From positions 1 to 40,029 of the IMG/VR virus record IMGVR_UViG_3300022666_000337: 40,029 nt of DNA; one strand, written 5' to 3'. The stretch's first letter is position 1. Every line of letters starts with the position of its first letter. This stretch comes from a virus (lineage: Duplodnaviria; Caudoviricetes). Positions 1-8,451 of this stretch are shown here, in pieces. The position numbers and the translations under genes were made by a program. The notes below the pieces were generated by a model. That model ran no database searches, was not told the origin of the DNA, and worked only from the letters and a program-made list of their open reading frames with translations.

Positions 1-21
1 ATGGGTTTATACAATGTCTCC

Positions 22-249
22 ATGAATACAAAGCAAGTCCCAAAAAATCCCGACAAGCGTCGGGCATGGATCAAATATCAATTAGAGCTGGTCGATTCCT
101 CTTTCGCGGATATCGCCAGGGAGCTCGGAGTCACTCGCGCGGCGGTCAGGAAGGCTACATGGATGAGCTATCCAAAGATGGAACGCGCCATAGCCGAAAA
201 ACTTGGCTGTCGGCCGGAAGATCTATGGCCGGAGCGTTATGCCGCATGA
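22..249 (+). CDS. ner: Ner/Nlp-family HTH DNA-binding protein
   Basis: Motif WIKYQL..SFADIARELGV..YPKMERAIAEKLG..PEDLWPERY typical of Ner; lies before the transposase; start may be at 1 or 22. Confidence 0.88.
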   Translation: MNTKQVPKNPDKRRAWIKYQLELVDSSFADIARELGVTRAAVRKATWMSYPKMERAIAEKLGCRPEDLWPERYAA

Positions 250-320
250 CAATCGGAGTGAATATAAACCAGCATTAACCTTGCCGCAAGCAATTTATTA
301 CGGCTGAAAGGGCGAACCCC

Positions 321-599
321 ATGGCTGACAATACTGGCTCTATCGTGGGTGTGGTCACCGGAGACATTGAATGTCTGGCGGTAAGGGTCTGCGCAAGCTG
401 CGGTGAAGGATTTGTATCCGCCACTCTTATCGGCTGCGTCGAGGATGATATCCCCGAGGTCTGCCCTTTGTGTCTCAGCTACGCGGAGAGTATTGCCGGC
501 GAAGAAACCCTGACCGAGCTTCTCGCCGAGGGTGAGCTTGAACTCTATTTCGACACCATCCGCGAGATAAACAATGCTGAGGTGGTCGTATGGCAGTGA
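321..599 (+). CDS. Hypothetical acidic protein with two CxxC motifs
   Basis: 92-aa ORF with CASC and CPLC; overlaps the transposase start. Confidence 0.55.
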   Translation: MADNTGSIVGVVTGDIECLAVRVCASCGEGFVSATLIGCVEDDIPEVCPLCLSYAESIAGEETLTELLAEGELELYFDTIREINNAEVVVWQ

Positions 600-2710
600 T
601 TGTAACCATCACCCAGATTGCCACGGCCCTCGGAATAAGCCGGACAGCCGCAAACAAACGGGCAAAGAAGTGGGTACCAATCAACGAAACCGGAGTGGCT
701 AAGTTCGACGTTGACACTCTCCCCCTAGACCCTGCCGAAAAGAAGCGCATTGCGGCATATCTGCAGGACAAAGCAATCGGCAAGGCCATCGCTGAATTCA
801 GGGAATCGTGTGCCACTCTCCCCGTTCCCTCCGTTGAAACCCTCCCCGCAGTGCCCGAAGCGGCCGCCGATCTCCCGGCTCTCACTTTACTGAAGACGTG
901 GCAGAGAGAAACGATGGATGCCCGGCTCTACTTCATGCGGCTCCTGGAACAGGCCAAGGGAACCGGCCGGGGCGGACTGGCGCGGATGCTGGTCAATATG
1001 GAGAAGCGATCCCGCGAGGGAAGCCTGCCGCTGGAGGCCCAGGCTTTGGTCCGGGTCGCCAACAAACGACACGGCGCGGACGGCGGCAAACGGGCGCTGT
1101 CACAATCCACCCTCAAGAAGTGGTGGATGGCGTGGCTCGATTCGGGCAAGAACCCGGCGGCCCTGGCGCCGAAGGATACCGAGCGCAAGGAATTGCCGGC
1201 CTGGGCCGCCCCCTTCCTGGCCTGCTGGCAGAAGCCTCAGAAACCGAGTGTGGCCGCGGCCCTGGACAACCTGAAAACCGTCCTGCCGCCCGACATCCCC
1301 ATGCCCAGCTACCATCAGGCGAGACGCATCCTGATGCGCGTCGGCAACGTGGAGATGCAGCGGGGCCGCATGACCGGTCAGGAGCTGCGCTCGATCCGCC
1401 CCTACGTCAAACGCGACACCACGGATATGGTCCCGGGCGAGTGCTACATCTCCGACGGTCTCACCTTCAAGTCGTGGGGCATCGCCCACCCGGCCCACGG
1501 CCGCCCCTTCTCCCCCGAGATCTGCGACGTCCAGGACGTGCATACGCGCAAGATCGTCGGCTGGAGCGCGGGCTTGGCCGAGAGCGGCCCCACCATGGCG
1601 GCGGGCCTGCGCCACGCGGTAGAGACCAACGGCGTGCCGTCCCTCTTCTATCACGACAAGGGTCCAGGCTACGAAAACCAGCTCCTTCAGGACCCGGTAA
1701 CCGGCATCGTTACCCGCCTCGGCATCCACAATCTGACATCAACGGCCCGCCAATCCCAGGCCCGGGGGATGATCGAAAAGCTGCGGCGCGACCTGTGGCA
1801 CCGGGAAGCAAAGAACTTCCTCACCTACAAGGGCCGCGAAATGGACCGGGAAACCAAGCTCAAGGTCCACAAGATCATCAAGAAAGACCTGAAAACCAAA
1901 GGTATTTCCGACTTCGTCATGCCGTGGCCGGAATTCCTTGTATGGGTCCAGGAGCGGGTCGACGCCTACAACAACCGGCCCCACCAAGCCCTGCCCAGGA
2001 TACGTGACCCGCACACCGGCCACTTGCGCCACATGACGCCCAACGAGATGTGGGACAAGGCCGTCGCCGAACACGGTGCTCCTCCCAAACTGCCGCCGGA
2101 GGAGATCGCCGACCTGTTCCTGCCGGAGAAAATCTGCAAGGTCGTCCGCGGCACGGTGCAGTTGTTCGGCAACCCCTACTTCAACGGCTCGCTGGAGGAG
2201 TTCCACGGCGATCAGGTGCGGGTAGGATACGACGTCCACGACCCGCGCGGCGTGCTGGTGCGCGATCTGGAGGGCCGGCTCATCTGCATCGCCGGGTTCA
2301 AGGGGAACCATAGGCGATATATCGCCAAACCCATCAGCGAGATGGCGGCCGAGAAGCGCGAGGCGGATCGGCTCAAGAGACTGGCGGTCAAGGAAGAGGA
2401 GATCCGGCTGGAGCGTATCGGCACGGTGGAGATCCATAAGGCCCCGGAACATATCGAACTGACCTCCGAACTGATCGAGGCGGAGGCAAAAAGAGAAGAA
2501 AAAGAGAAACGAAAAGAGGAAAACCGGCGCAGGTTCTTCAACGACGTCAACGAGATCTATGACGATATCAGAGCCAGGGAGAAGCTGGGCCTGGCCAAAC
2601 CGTATGAAATAGCCTGGGCCAACGACAAGGACAGGTCAGAGCAGCTCGGGAAACGCGTCGGCCTCTACAAGGAAGATCCGTGCTGCGCCGGCAGATTCAA
2701 GGAGGAGTAA
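590..2710 (+). CDS. muA: Mu-like DDE transposase (MuA)
   Basis: 706 aa; N-terminal HTH; catalytic-like motifs YISDG, YHDKGPGY, ARGMIEK; YNNRPH; Mu transposase C-terminal-like region (GDQVRVGYD). Confidence 0.95.
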   Translation: MAVIVTITQIATALGISRTAANKRAKKWVPINETGVAKFDVDTLPLDPAEKKRIAAYLQDKAIGKAIAEFRESCATLPVPSVETLPAVPEAAADLPALTLLKTWQRETMDARLYFMRLLEQAKGTGRGGLARMLVNMEKRSREGSLPLEAQALVRVANKRHGADGGKRALSQSTLKKWWMAWLDSGKNPAALAPKDTERKELPAWAAPFLACWQKPQKPSVAAALDNLKTVLPPDIPMPSYHQARRILMRVGNVEMQRGRMTGQELRSIRPYVKRDTTDMVPGECYISDGLTFKSWGIAHPAHGRPFSPEICDVQDVHTRKIVGWSAGLAESGPTMAAGLRHAVETNGVPSLFYHDKGPGYENQLLQDPVTGIVTRLGIHNLTSTARQSQARGMIEKLRRDLWHREAKNFLTYKGREMDRETKLKVHKIIKKDLKTKGISDFVMPWPEFLVWVQERVDAYNNRPHQALPRIRDPHTGHLRHMTPNEMWDKAVAEHGAPPKLPPEEIADLFLPEKICKVVRGTVQLFGNPYFNGSLEEFHGDQVRVGYDVHDPRGVLVRDLEGRLICIAGFKGNHRRYIAKPISEMAAEKREADRLKRLAVKEEEIRLERIGTVEIHKAPEHIELTSELIEAEAKREEKEKRKEENRRRFFNDVNEIYDDIRAREKLGLAKPYEIAWANDKDRSEQLGKRVGLYKEDPCCAGRFKEE

Positions 2711-3181
2711 ATGGCGCTTAAATCAATGGATGTATTCGACAACCCCACCATCGGCCGCCACGCCATGGAGGTGCTGGACCGGCTCCGGAGAGAGCACGGC
2801 AGCAGCTATCCGGGGTGGGAGGAACGGACCCTGGCAGCATGGCGGGAAGAGGCCGAAAACATTATCCGCGCCTCCGGAGATACCGAGGAGCGGGAACTGG
2901 CCAAACTGCGGAGGCCGCTCAGGGTCGAGGAGCACGGCACCATAACCGGGTATATCGAATTCCTCCAGAACCTGCGCCGCGATGCCCGGCGGTGGATACA
3001 GGAAATCGATGAAGAACAGCAGCGTCTGGATGAAGAAGCCGAGGAGGAAAAACGGCTGCAGGAGGAGCGGGCGATTTACGAAATGTGCCGGGAAGCGCTT
3101 CCGGAGGCCCGCAAAAAGCGGGCCGAAGCCACAGCCCGTCTCAAGAAAGAAAAAGACAATAAAAAAGACAACAAAAAATAA
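2711..3181 (+). CDS. Hypothetical charged helical protein between A and B
   Basis: 156 aa; TAA-ATG junction with muA; GGAGGAG SD just upstream. Confidence 0.7.
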   Translation: MALKSMDVFDNPTIGRHAMEVLDRLRREHGSSYPGWEERTLAAWREEAENIIRASGDTEERELAKLRRPLRVEEHGTITGYIEFLQNLRRDARRWIQEIDEEQQRLDEEAEEEKRLQEERAIYEMCREALPEARKKRAEATARLKKEKDNKKDNKK

Positions 3182-3213
3182 AAAAGCCGCCTGGTGTATG
3201 CGCCACCGGCGGC
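3180..3213 (-). terminator. Intrinsic terminator ending the antisense mini-array transcript
   Basis: Minus strand reads GCCGCCGGTG-GCGCATA-CACC(A)GGCGGC followed by TTTTTTATTTTTT. Confidence 0.65.
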
Positions 3214-3300
3214 CGACTCCCCGCGCATGCGGGAAATACGATTATGCCAATTATGCCAATTATGCCAATTATGCCGACTCCCCGCGCATGCGGGAAATAC
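3212..3300 (-). CRISPR. Type I-E-like CRISPR mini-array (2 repeats, 1 low-complexity spacer), no cas genes
   Basis: Identical 28-nt repeats at 3212-3239 and 3273-3300 (minus strand GTATTTCCCGCATGCGCGGGGAGTCGGC); 33-nt spacer; 61-nt period; 7-bp stem with 4-nt loop like I-E repeats. Confidence 0.65.
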
Positions 3301-3312
3301 TTGGATAGGAGG

Positions 3313-3342
3313 AATATAGCAGATGAGACATGAAATGGTCAA
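3313..3342 (-). promoter_or_regulatory. Putative sigma70 promoter for the mini-array
   Basis: Minus strand TTGACC (3342-3337), 18-nt spacer ending in TGc (extended -10), TATATT (3318-3313); ends 12 nt before the first repeat. Confidence 0.5.
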
Positions 3343-4066
3343 AACAAAAGACGTACGGCGCTTTATGCAGGCGGTCGAGGACCTGCTCAACCGGCCCGGA
3401 GGGACCGAAGGCATGGGGCTCCTGTGGGGGCCTCCCGGCACCGGCAAGACCACGTCCCTGGCCTATGTGGCCAACGTCTACGATGCCGTCTATGTCCGTG
3501 CCGTGGGCTGCTGGACCGTGACATCCATGCTCGGCGACCTGTGCAAGGAGCTGGGCGGCAAACGCATGCTGCGCCGTTCCGATATGGTGGAATACATCGT
3601 CGGCGAACTCTCCAAAGACGGCCGCCAACCGCGTCCTATCTTCGTTGATGAGGCGGATTACTGCTTCAACCAGTTCGCGATGGTCGACGCGCTGCGCGAC
3701 ATTTACGACCTGTCCGGTTGCCCGGTCATCCTTATCGGCATGGAGGATATTGCACGCCGTATCCGAGCCAAGGAGCTTATCGCCCGCCGTATCACCCAGT
3801 GGGTCGAGTTCAAGGGGCTCGACCTGGAAGACACCGAGTACGTGGCCTCCGAGGTATGCGAGGTAACCCTCGCGGACGATCTGATCCGCCACCTCTATAA
3901 GGAGACCAGCGGCAATATCGGCCGTATCATCATCGGCCTCACCAAGATTGAAAAGTTCGCACTGGCCAACGGCCTTGACGTCATCTCAGCTCCCGACTGG
4001 GGCGACCGCCCCCTCTACTTCGACCAACCCACATTCGGTAGGAAAAAGATTACGAACGGCGCCTAA
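3323..4066 (+). CDS. muB: Transposition AAA+ ATPase (MuB-like)
   Basis: Walker A GPPGTGKT, Walker B IFVDEAD, PVILIGM; AGGAGG SD. Confidence 0.93.
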   Translation: MRHEMVKTKDVRRFMQAVEDLLNRPGGTEGMGLLWGPPGTGKTTSLAYVANVYDAVYVRAVGCWTVTSMLGDLCKELGGKRMLRRSDMVEYIVGELSKDGRQPRPIFVDEADYCFNQFAMVDALRDIYDLSGCPVILIGMEDIARRIRAKELIARRITQWVEFKGLDLEDTEYVASEVCEVTLADDLIRHLYKETSGNIGRIIIGLTKIEKFALANGLDVISAPDWGDRPLYFDQPTFGRKKITNGA

Positions 4067-4153
4067 CCCACCTTTGAACGCGACGGACCGGAATGTCGGG
4101 ATTTGGCACTAACCAATACCACTGTACTGAGATGCGTTCAAAAGGAGGCATAA

Positions 4154-4546
4154 ATGGCCGGAAAACGCGGAATGAAGATGCCGGGGAGAAAAAACGCCCT
4201 CCGGCAGAACATATGGAGAAGCATACGAATCATGCGGACATTTTCAATCCCGGGGCTGATAACCACTGTCCCGGGGCTGAAATACGACAATGCCCAAAAG
4301 TACGTCCGGCAACTGGAAAGGGGCGGTTATGTCTCGAAGGTAGGAGGATACAAAGGTGGACGTCCCGGTGATTTCCAGATGTACATCCTTTGCCGGGACA
4401 ATGGTCCCATGCCCCCGAGTTTGGGGATTGGACGTTCTGAAAAATTTTTAAAACAAACGGAAAAAGAAACAATCAAAGAAACAGAGAAAGAAAGAAAGGG
4501 GGCGGTGACCGATGACCACGACCGACCGGATGCAACTGCTGCGTGA
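4154..4546 (+). CDS. Putative winged-HTH early protein
   Basis: IWRSIRIMRTFS..YVRQLERGGYV..DNGPMPP, typical of the gene after MuB; AGGAGG SD. Confidence 0.7.
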   Translation: MAGKRGMKMPGRKNALRQNIWRSIRIMRTFSIPGLITTVPGLKYDNAQKYVRQLERGGYVSKVGGYKGGRPGDFQMYILCRDNGPMPPSLGIGRSEKFLKQTEKETIKETEKERKGAVTDDHDRPDATAA

Positions 4547-4823
4547 GAAGTGTGCCGAGCTTGGTCAAGCCGAAGTGGCCCGCCGTCTCGACTATTCGCC
4601 GAGCACCGTCAACCAGGCGCTCCGGGGGAAATACCAGGGAGAGCTGGATAACCTGCTGACGAAGGTGGAAGAAGTGTACGGCTGCACCATGGTCAAATGC
4701 CCCATTCTCGGCGAAATATCACTCGGCAAATGCTCCGAAAACAGGAAGCGGCCGTTCGCCGCAACGAACCCGCTGCGAGTGCAACTGTACCGGCAGTGCA
4801 AAAAATGCGGAGGCAAACCATGA
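4512..4823 (+). CDS. HTH regulator with C-terminal Cys cluster
   Basis: GQAEVARRLDYSPSTVNQAL..KYQG; CPILG..C..CKKC. Confidence 0.78.
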   Translation: MTTTDRMQLLREKCAELGQAEVARRLDYSPSTVNQALRGKYQGELDNLLTKVEEVYGCTMVKCPILGEISLGKCSENRKRPFAATNPLRVQLYRQCKKCGGKP

Positions 4824-5095
4824 ACGTACATAAATTAGGGCAGACATTACGCCCATCCGCCGAAACCGGCAAGAATTTTAATATTCGGCCCCGCTGCCCA
4901 AAATGCAGCGGCCTGATGATGCCGGAGACAGTCCTGGCCAAAGACGGCGAGACATTGATTGTGGTCTCGGTCGGCTGCGTCAACTGCGGCGAGAGGATCT
5001 TCAGAAACCATCAGAGACGCCGGCCGGACGCGACGGACCGCAACGCCCACAAGCTGGCCGGACGGCCGGTCATTAACGGCCGGGGAATCATCTAA
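4820..5095 (+). CDS. Hypothetical zinc-ribbon protein
   Basis: ATGA overlap with upstream gene; CPKC and CVNC. Confidence 0.65.
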   Translation: MNVHKLGQTLRPSAETGKNFNIRPRCPKCSGLMMPETVLAKDGETLIVVSVGCVNCGERIFRNHQRRRPDATDRNAHKLAGRPVINGRGII

Positions 5096-5101
5096 AGGAG
5101 G

Positions 5102-5311
5102 ATGGACATGAAACAGTTCACGTGTTGGATGCGGCAGCTCAAATATCGCAGAGAAAAGGCCGCCCGGGCGGCCGCCCTTGCGGTGGGTCAGGTGAACAAG
5201 GGGCTGCTGGCCGCCACAAACCTTACCGGGTCGAAAGAAATAGAGAGGAAGCAGATACCGATTACCAAGCCGTCATTCAAGGTCCTCTTCCGCATTGGAG
5301 GCGTGGCGTGA
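5102..5311 (+). CDS. Hypothetical basic protein
   Basis: AGGAGG SD; lies in the early operon. Confidence 0.55.
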   Translation: MDMKQFTCWMRQLKYRREKAARAAALAVGQVNKGLLAATNLTGSKEIERKQIPITKPSFKVLFRIGGVA

Positions 5312-5331
5312 GCCGGGGAAGGAGGAGGATC

Positions 5332-5583
5332 ATGATTCCTGCATGGCCGGCATTAGTGGTGATAGCCCTCTTGTTCGGCGCGATCGGCGGCTGGGTGGTC
5401 AGGCTGCACACGGCCCATGACCGCTACCTGGTCGGGCTGGCAGAACGGTATCAGTCAGAACGGGCCTGGCTGGAGGCTCAGACCGCCGCCGCGATCGCGG
5501 AGCTGGAGAGGGATGCAACGAAGGTTAAAGAGGAGTTGAAAAGCCGTCGAACGGCGCGCGTCGAGCGTCGAACGACGAAATAG
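5332..5583 (+). CDS. Hypothetical membrane-anchored coiled-coil protein
   Basis: GGAGGAGG SD; N-terminal hydrophobic helix WPALVVIALLFGAIGGWVV. Confidence 0.6.
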   Translation: MIPAWPALVVIALLFGAIGGWVVRLHTAHDRYLVGLAERYQSERAWLEAQTAAAIAELERDATKVKEELKSRRTARVERRTTK

Positions 5584-5597
5584 AGGAGGCAAGAGAC

Positions 5598-6209
5598 ATG
5601 GCAGAAAAGCAGATACCTGATGGATACATGAAAGACAGCCGCGGCGCGCTGATGCCTGTTGAGAGGGTCCGCGAGATTGACAAGCTGCGCGACGCGTTGG
5701 TGCGGGAGATCGTGGCGGGCGCCATCAGCACCCACCAGGTGGTGAGCCGGTTCAAGGCCGCCTCCATGGCGGACATCGAGGCGTTTGTCGATCTCTCGGC
5801 CGAGCGGTTCAAAGTCAAGCGCGGCGGCGCGAAAGGGAACGTCACGCTCACCAGCTATGACGGCCGCTACCGCGTTACTCGGGCCATTGACGAATACATC
5901 GTCTTCGACGAGCGCCTGCAGATTGCCAAGGAGCTCATCGACGATTGCATCCGCCGCTGGGCCGAGGGTTCCAGCACGGAGATCAAGGCGCTGATCAACG
6001 ATGCCTTCCAGGTCGACAAACAGGGCAAGGTGAATGTACGGCGCATACTCGGGCTGCGGCGGCTTGAGATTGAGGACGAAACGTGGCGTCAGGCCATGAC
6101 CGCGATTGCCGAGAGCCTTCAGACAGTAGGTTCGAAGGCCTACCTGCGGGTCTATGAGCGGGATGACCAAGGCGAATATCAGCAGATCAGCCTGGATATG
6201 GCGAAATAG
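5598..6209 (+). CDS. DUF3164-family protein of Mu-like phages
   Basis: GG.KGNVTLTSYDG, FDERLQIAKELIDDCI, DAFQVDKQG, SKAYLRVYER motifs. Confidence 0.85.
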   Translation: MAEKQIPDGYMKDSRGALMPVERVREIDKLRDALVREIVAGAISTHQVVSRFKAASMADIEAFVDLSAERFKVKRGGAKGNVTLTSYDGRYRVTRAIDEYIVFDERLQIAKELIDDCIRRWAEGSSTEIKALINDAFQVDKQGKVNVRRILGLRRLEIEDETWRQAMTAIAESLQTVGSKAYLRVYERDDQGEYQQISLDMAK

Positions 6210-6217
6210 GAGGTCGT

Positions 6218-6598
6218 ATGCAGTGCCCGAAATGCACAACGAATATCGAGGGACTGGACATCGACGTGCTCGAAAGCCGGGCAATCATCGGCTTTGAGGC
6301 TGGTTTCTGCTGCCCCGGTTGCCGGGCGGAGTTTTACTGCATTCTGACCCCGGGCAGTTTCGTGGAAGCGCCGAAGACGGAGGCATCCGAGGATGGACCC
6401 GACGCGACGGTCACGGTGACGATCCTGTCCCTGGTCGGCATTACGGTCGATGAGGCCGTGGTGCAGGGCTGGGATGATGTGAAGCGGCTCCAGGCGATCG
6501 ACTGGGCCTCGGCGGTTTATGCCGAAGCCGGGGATCATGTAGACGTGGAGATCCCGCCGATGCCGGAGTTCCTGGAAGAGTTCAAGGAGGTGGCGTGA
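6218..6598 (+). CDS. Hypothetical acidic protein with CxxC motifs
   Basis: AGGAGG SD; CPKC and CPGC. Confidence 0.65.
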   Translation: MQCPKCTTNIEGLDIDVLESRAIIGFEAGFCCPGCRAEFYCILTPGSFVEAPKTEASEDGPDATVTVTILSLVGITVDEAVVQGWDDVKRLQAIDWASAVYAEAGDHVDVEIPPMPEFLEEFKEVA

Positions 6599-6849
6599 TG
6601 ACAAAAAAACAGGAGGTGAGGTACCGCACCGGCAAGCTGAATTCCGGCGCGAACTGCGGTTGCTGCATTCACCTGGGAAACGTCGTCGAGGACGCTCAGG
6701 GACCGCCGGGCATGGGTAAGCACTATTACCCGCACCATTGCGCAGCATTGGGAAATGGTCAGGGGCGAGGTTACACCGTTAACCATGACGGGGTGTGTGA
6801 CAAATTCGAATTAAGGAGCAAATACGATGGCGCGAGAACGCGAAATTGA
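6598..6849 (+). CDS. Hypothetical Cys/His-rich protein
   Basis: TGATG coupling with upstream gene; AGGAGG SD. Confidence 0.6.
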   Translation: MTKKQEVRYRTGKLNSGANCGCCIHLGNVVEDAQGPPGMGKHYYPHHCAALGNGQGRGYTVNHDGVCDKFELRSKYDGARTRN

Positions 6850-6994
6850 AGGCATTGAAACAGTGCGTGCGTTGAAAGACGCGCTGGAGGGTTTCCCGGA
6901 TGATATGCCGGTCGGAGATACCTTTTGTGAAGGGATAATGCTGACTGTATTTCGGGATGACGAGACAGGAAACAGGTTCATCGAAATCCAATAG
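6827..6994 (+). CDS. Small hypothetical protein (55 aa, not in the ORF track)
   Basis: TAAGGAG SD; MAREREIEGIETVRALKDALEGFPDDMPVG...RFIEIQ. Confidence 0.6.
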   Translation: MAREREIEGIETVRALKDALEGFPDDMPVGDTFCEGIMLTVFRDDETGNRFIEIQ

Positions 6995-7071
6995 ATGCTT
7001 GACTGCTGAAGACAGGGCCGGAGCCGATCCGGCCCGCACTTGAACAGCCAAACGCTGGACAGGAGGAACCC

Positions 7072-7465
7072 ATGGGGAAAGGATCTGCCGCCGTCGACCT
7101 GGATACATGGCTTAACGCCAATACCTTCGAGTGTCTTGCTTTCCGTGCAAGGATAAGTGCCTCGCAATGTGAGTCAAACCGGGCGAGAGAGCTCTTCCTC
7201 TGTGGCCGCTGCGTGCAGGAAACACCGAAACCAATCGTAAAGCGGCACGGCAGACCCCGGAAACCTGCTGAAAAGGTCGGGGGGGGGGGTAGAGATGGAA
7301 TCCTTCGCCGCGGAACAAGATTTCCAGGAGCAGGAAGCCGCTTTTCACAGCGTCGCCAGAGTCAGGCGCTTGCTGCGTAACCCGGTCATCAGAGAAATCC
7401 TGTCTGTCATGGCCCGGAATGGCAACACACAGGCCTCGACGATACTGTTAGGAAGGTCAGTATGA
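7072..7465 (+). CDS. Hypothetical Cys-rich protein with frame break at a G11 tract (7279-7289)
   Basis: As sequenced the ORF ends at 7380; the +1 frame after the G run continues (VEMESFAAEQDF...) to a TGA overlapping the next ATG. Confidence 0.5.
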
Positions 7466-7788
7466 ACCGCGTGCAAAATCAGCCTGAAAAAAAGAAAAAG
7501 AGCAAAAAGCGCACGCACATGAGCGCCGACGAGTTGAAGCGTCTGCGCCGTGAAATGAGGATCGGTGTCTGTGATATGTACCGTCTCCTGGGGCTGCCGC
7601 GGCGCACCTACCAAGATTACGAAGCCGGTAAACGCGGCATCCCCCAGGACGTGGCAGATAAGGCACGGGAAGCCCACCGGCGGGACAGGGAATTCATGGC
7701 GGCATTGTCGGCGCGGATATGTGCCTCCCTTGACCAGCAATTCCCCGGGGGTGTGATTCCTGTCGCAATACAGAGCGAGGAATTATGA
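7462..7788 (+). CDS. XRE-like HTH protein
   Basis: MSADELKRLR..MYRLLGLPRRTYQDYEAGKRGIP. Confidence 0.75.
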   Translation: MNRVQNQPEKKKKSKKRTHMSADELKRLRREMRIGVCDMYRLLGLPRRTYQDYEAGKRGIPQDVADKAREAHRRDREFMAALSARICASLDQQFPGGVIPVAIQSEEL

Positions 7789-7828
7789 ACCGTTCCGGCG
7801 TCTCTCTGATCCAGGCTCCGGAGGCGGC

Positions 7829-8026
7829 GTGAGCTGCGGAGATTGTAAATTCTTCGGTTGGTACGGCTTGCAGCGACACTGCCTGCACCCGAATCACCCG
7901 CTGCCGATCGTGAAGTGGCCGGGGAAGTGCCGGGATTATGTGGATCTCGATAAGAAGGTTATGCCGGGAGCGGTTCAGTCATGGCCGGACCCGGTGGTGT
8001 TGAATCGAGTGGTGAGTTCTGAGTGA
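7829..8026 (+). CDS. Small hypothetical Cys-rich protein
   Basis: GGAGG SD, GTG start, CGDC. Confidence 0.45.
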   Translation: MSCGDCKFFGWYGLQRHCLHPNHPLPIVKWPGKCRDYVDLDKKVMPGAVQSWPDPVVLNRVVSSE

Positions 8027-8451
8027 TGAGTGGAAAGCGAGAAGCTATGACAAAAGAAGACTGGGGAAAGGTAGAGAATGCGCTGCGTGGGGCATGCGGC
8101 TACGCGAAATTGCGGGTGGACGGGCGGGAAGTCATGTTCATGCGGCAGCTCCTGACCGGCAACAGGATGGGCATCATCACCTATGTCGACGGCGAATGGC
8201 AGGGGAAGTGGATCTCAGGCAAAAACGAGTGTCCGGAACAGCGCTATCTCCGCCCGGCATCTCGATTCATATTCCGCGCAAAATTCAGGGCCGAGTTCAA
8301 GAGATGGCCGAAAAAGCTTCAGAAGCTGCACGCCGTAGATATCGACGAGAAAGTGCGTTACTTTGACCTGAACTGGCCCAATGTCACCGCGATCCGCCGG
8401 CACTACCAGAAGACGTTCACCAGCATTGAGCTGATCGAGGTGGTCGGATGA
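8026..8451 (+). CDS. Hypothetical phage protein
   Basis: About 141-aa ORF coupled to both neighbours. Confidence 0.65.
   Translation: MSGKREAMTKEDWGKVENALRGACGYAKLRVDGREVMFMRQLLTGNRMGIITYVDGEWQGKWISGKNECPEQRYLRPASRFIFRAKFRAEFKRWPKKLQKLHAVDIDEKVRYFDLNWPNVTAIRRHYQKTFTSIELIEVVG

Noticed and set aside
898-2007. 369-aa alternative-frame ORF inside the transposase
   Set aside because: Pro/Gly/Arg-rich composition typical of off-frame GC-rich codons.
3212-3300. Functional adaptive CRISPR-Cas locus
   Set aside because: Only two repeats, no cas genes, no long AT-rich leader, and the spacer is a 9-nt tandem repeat.
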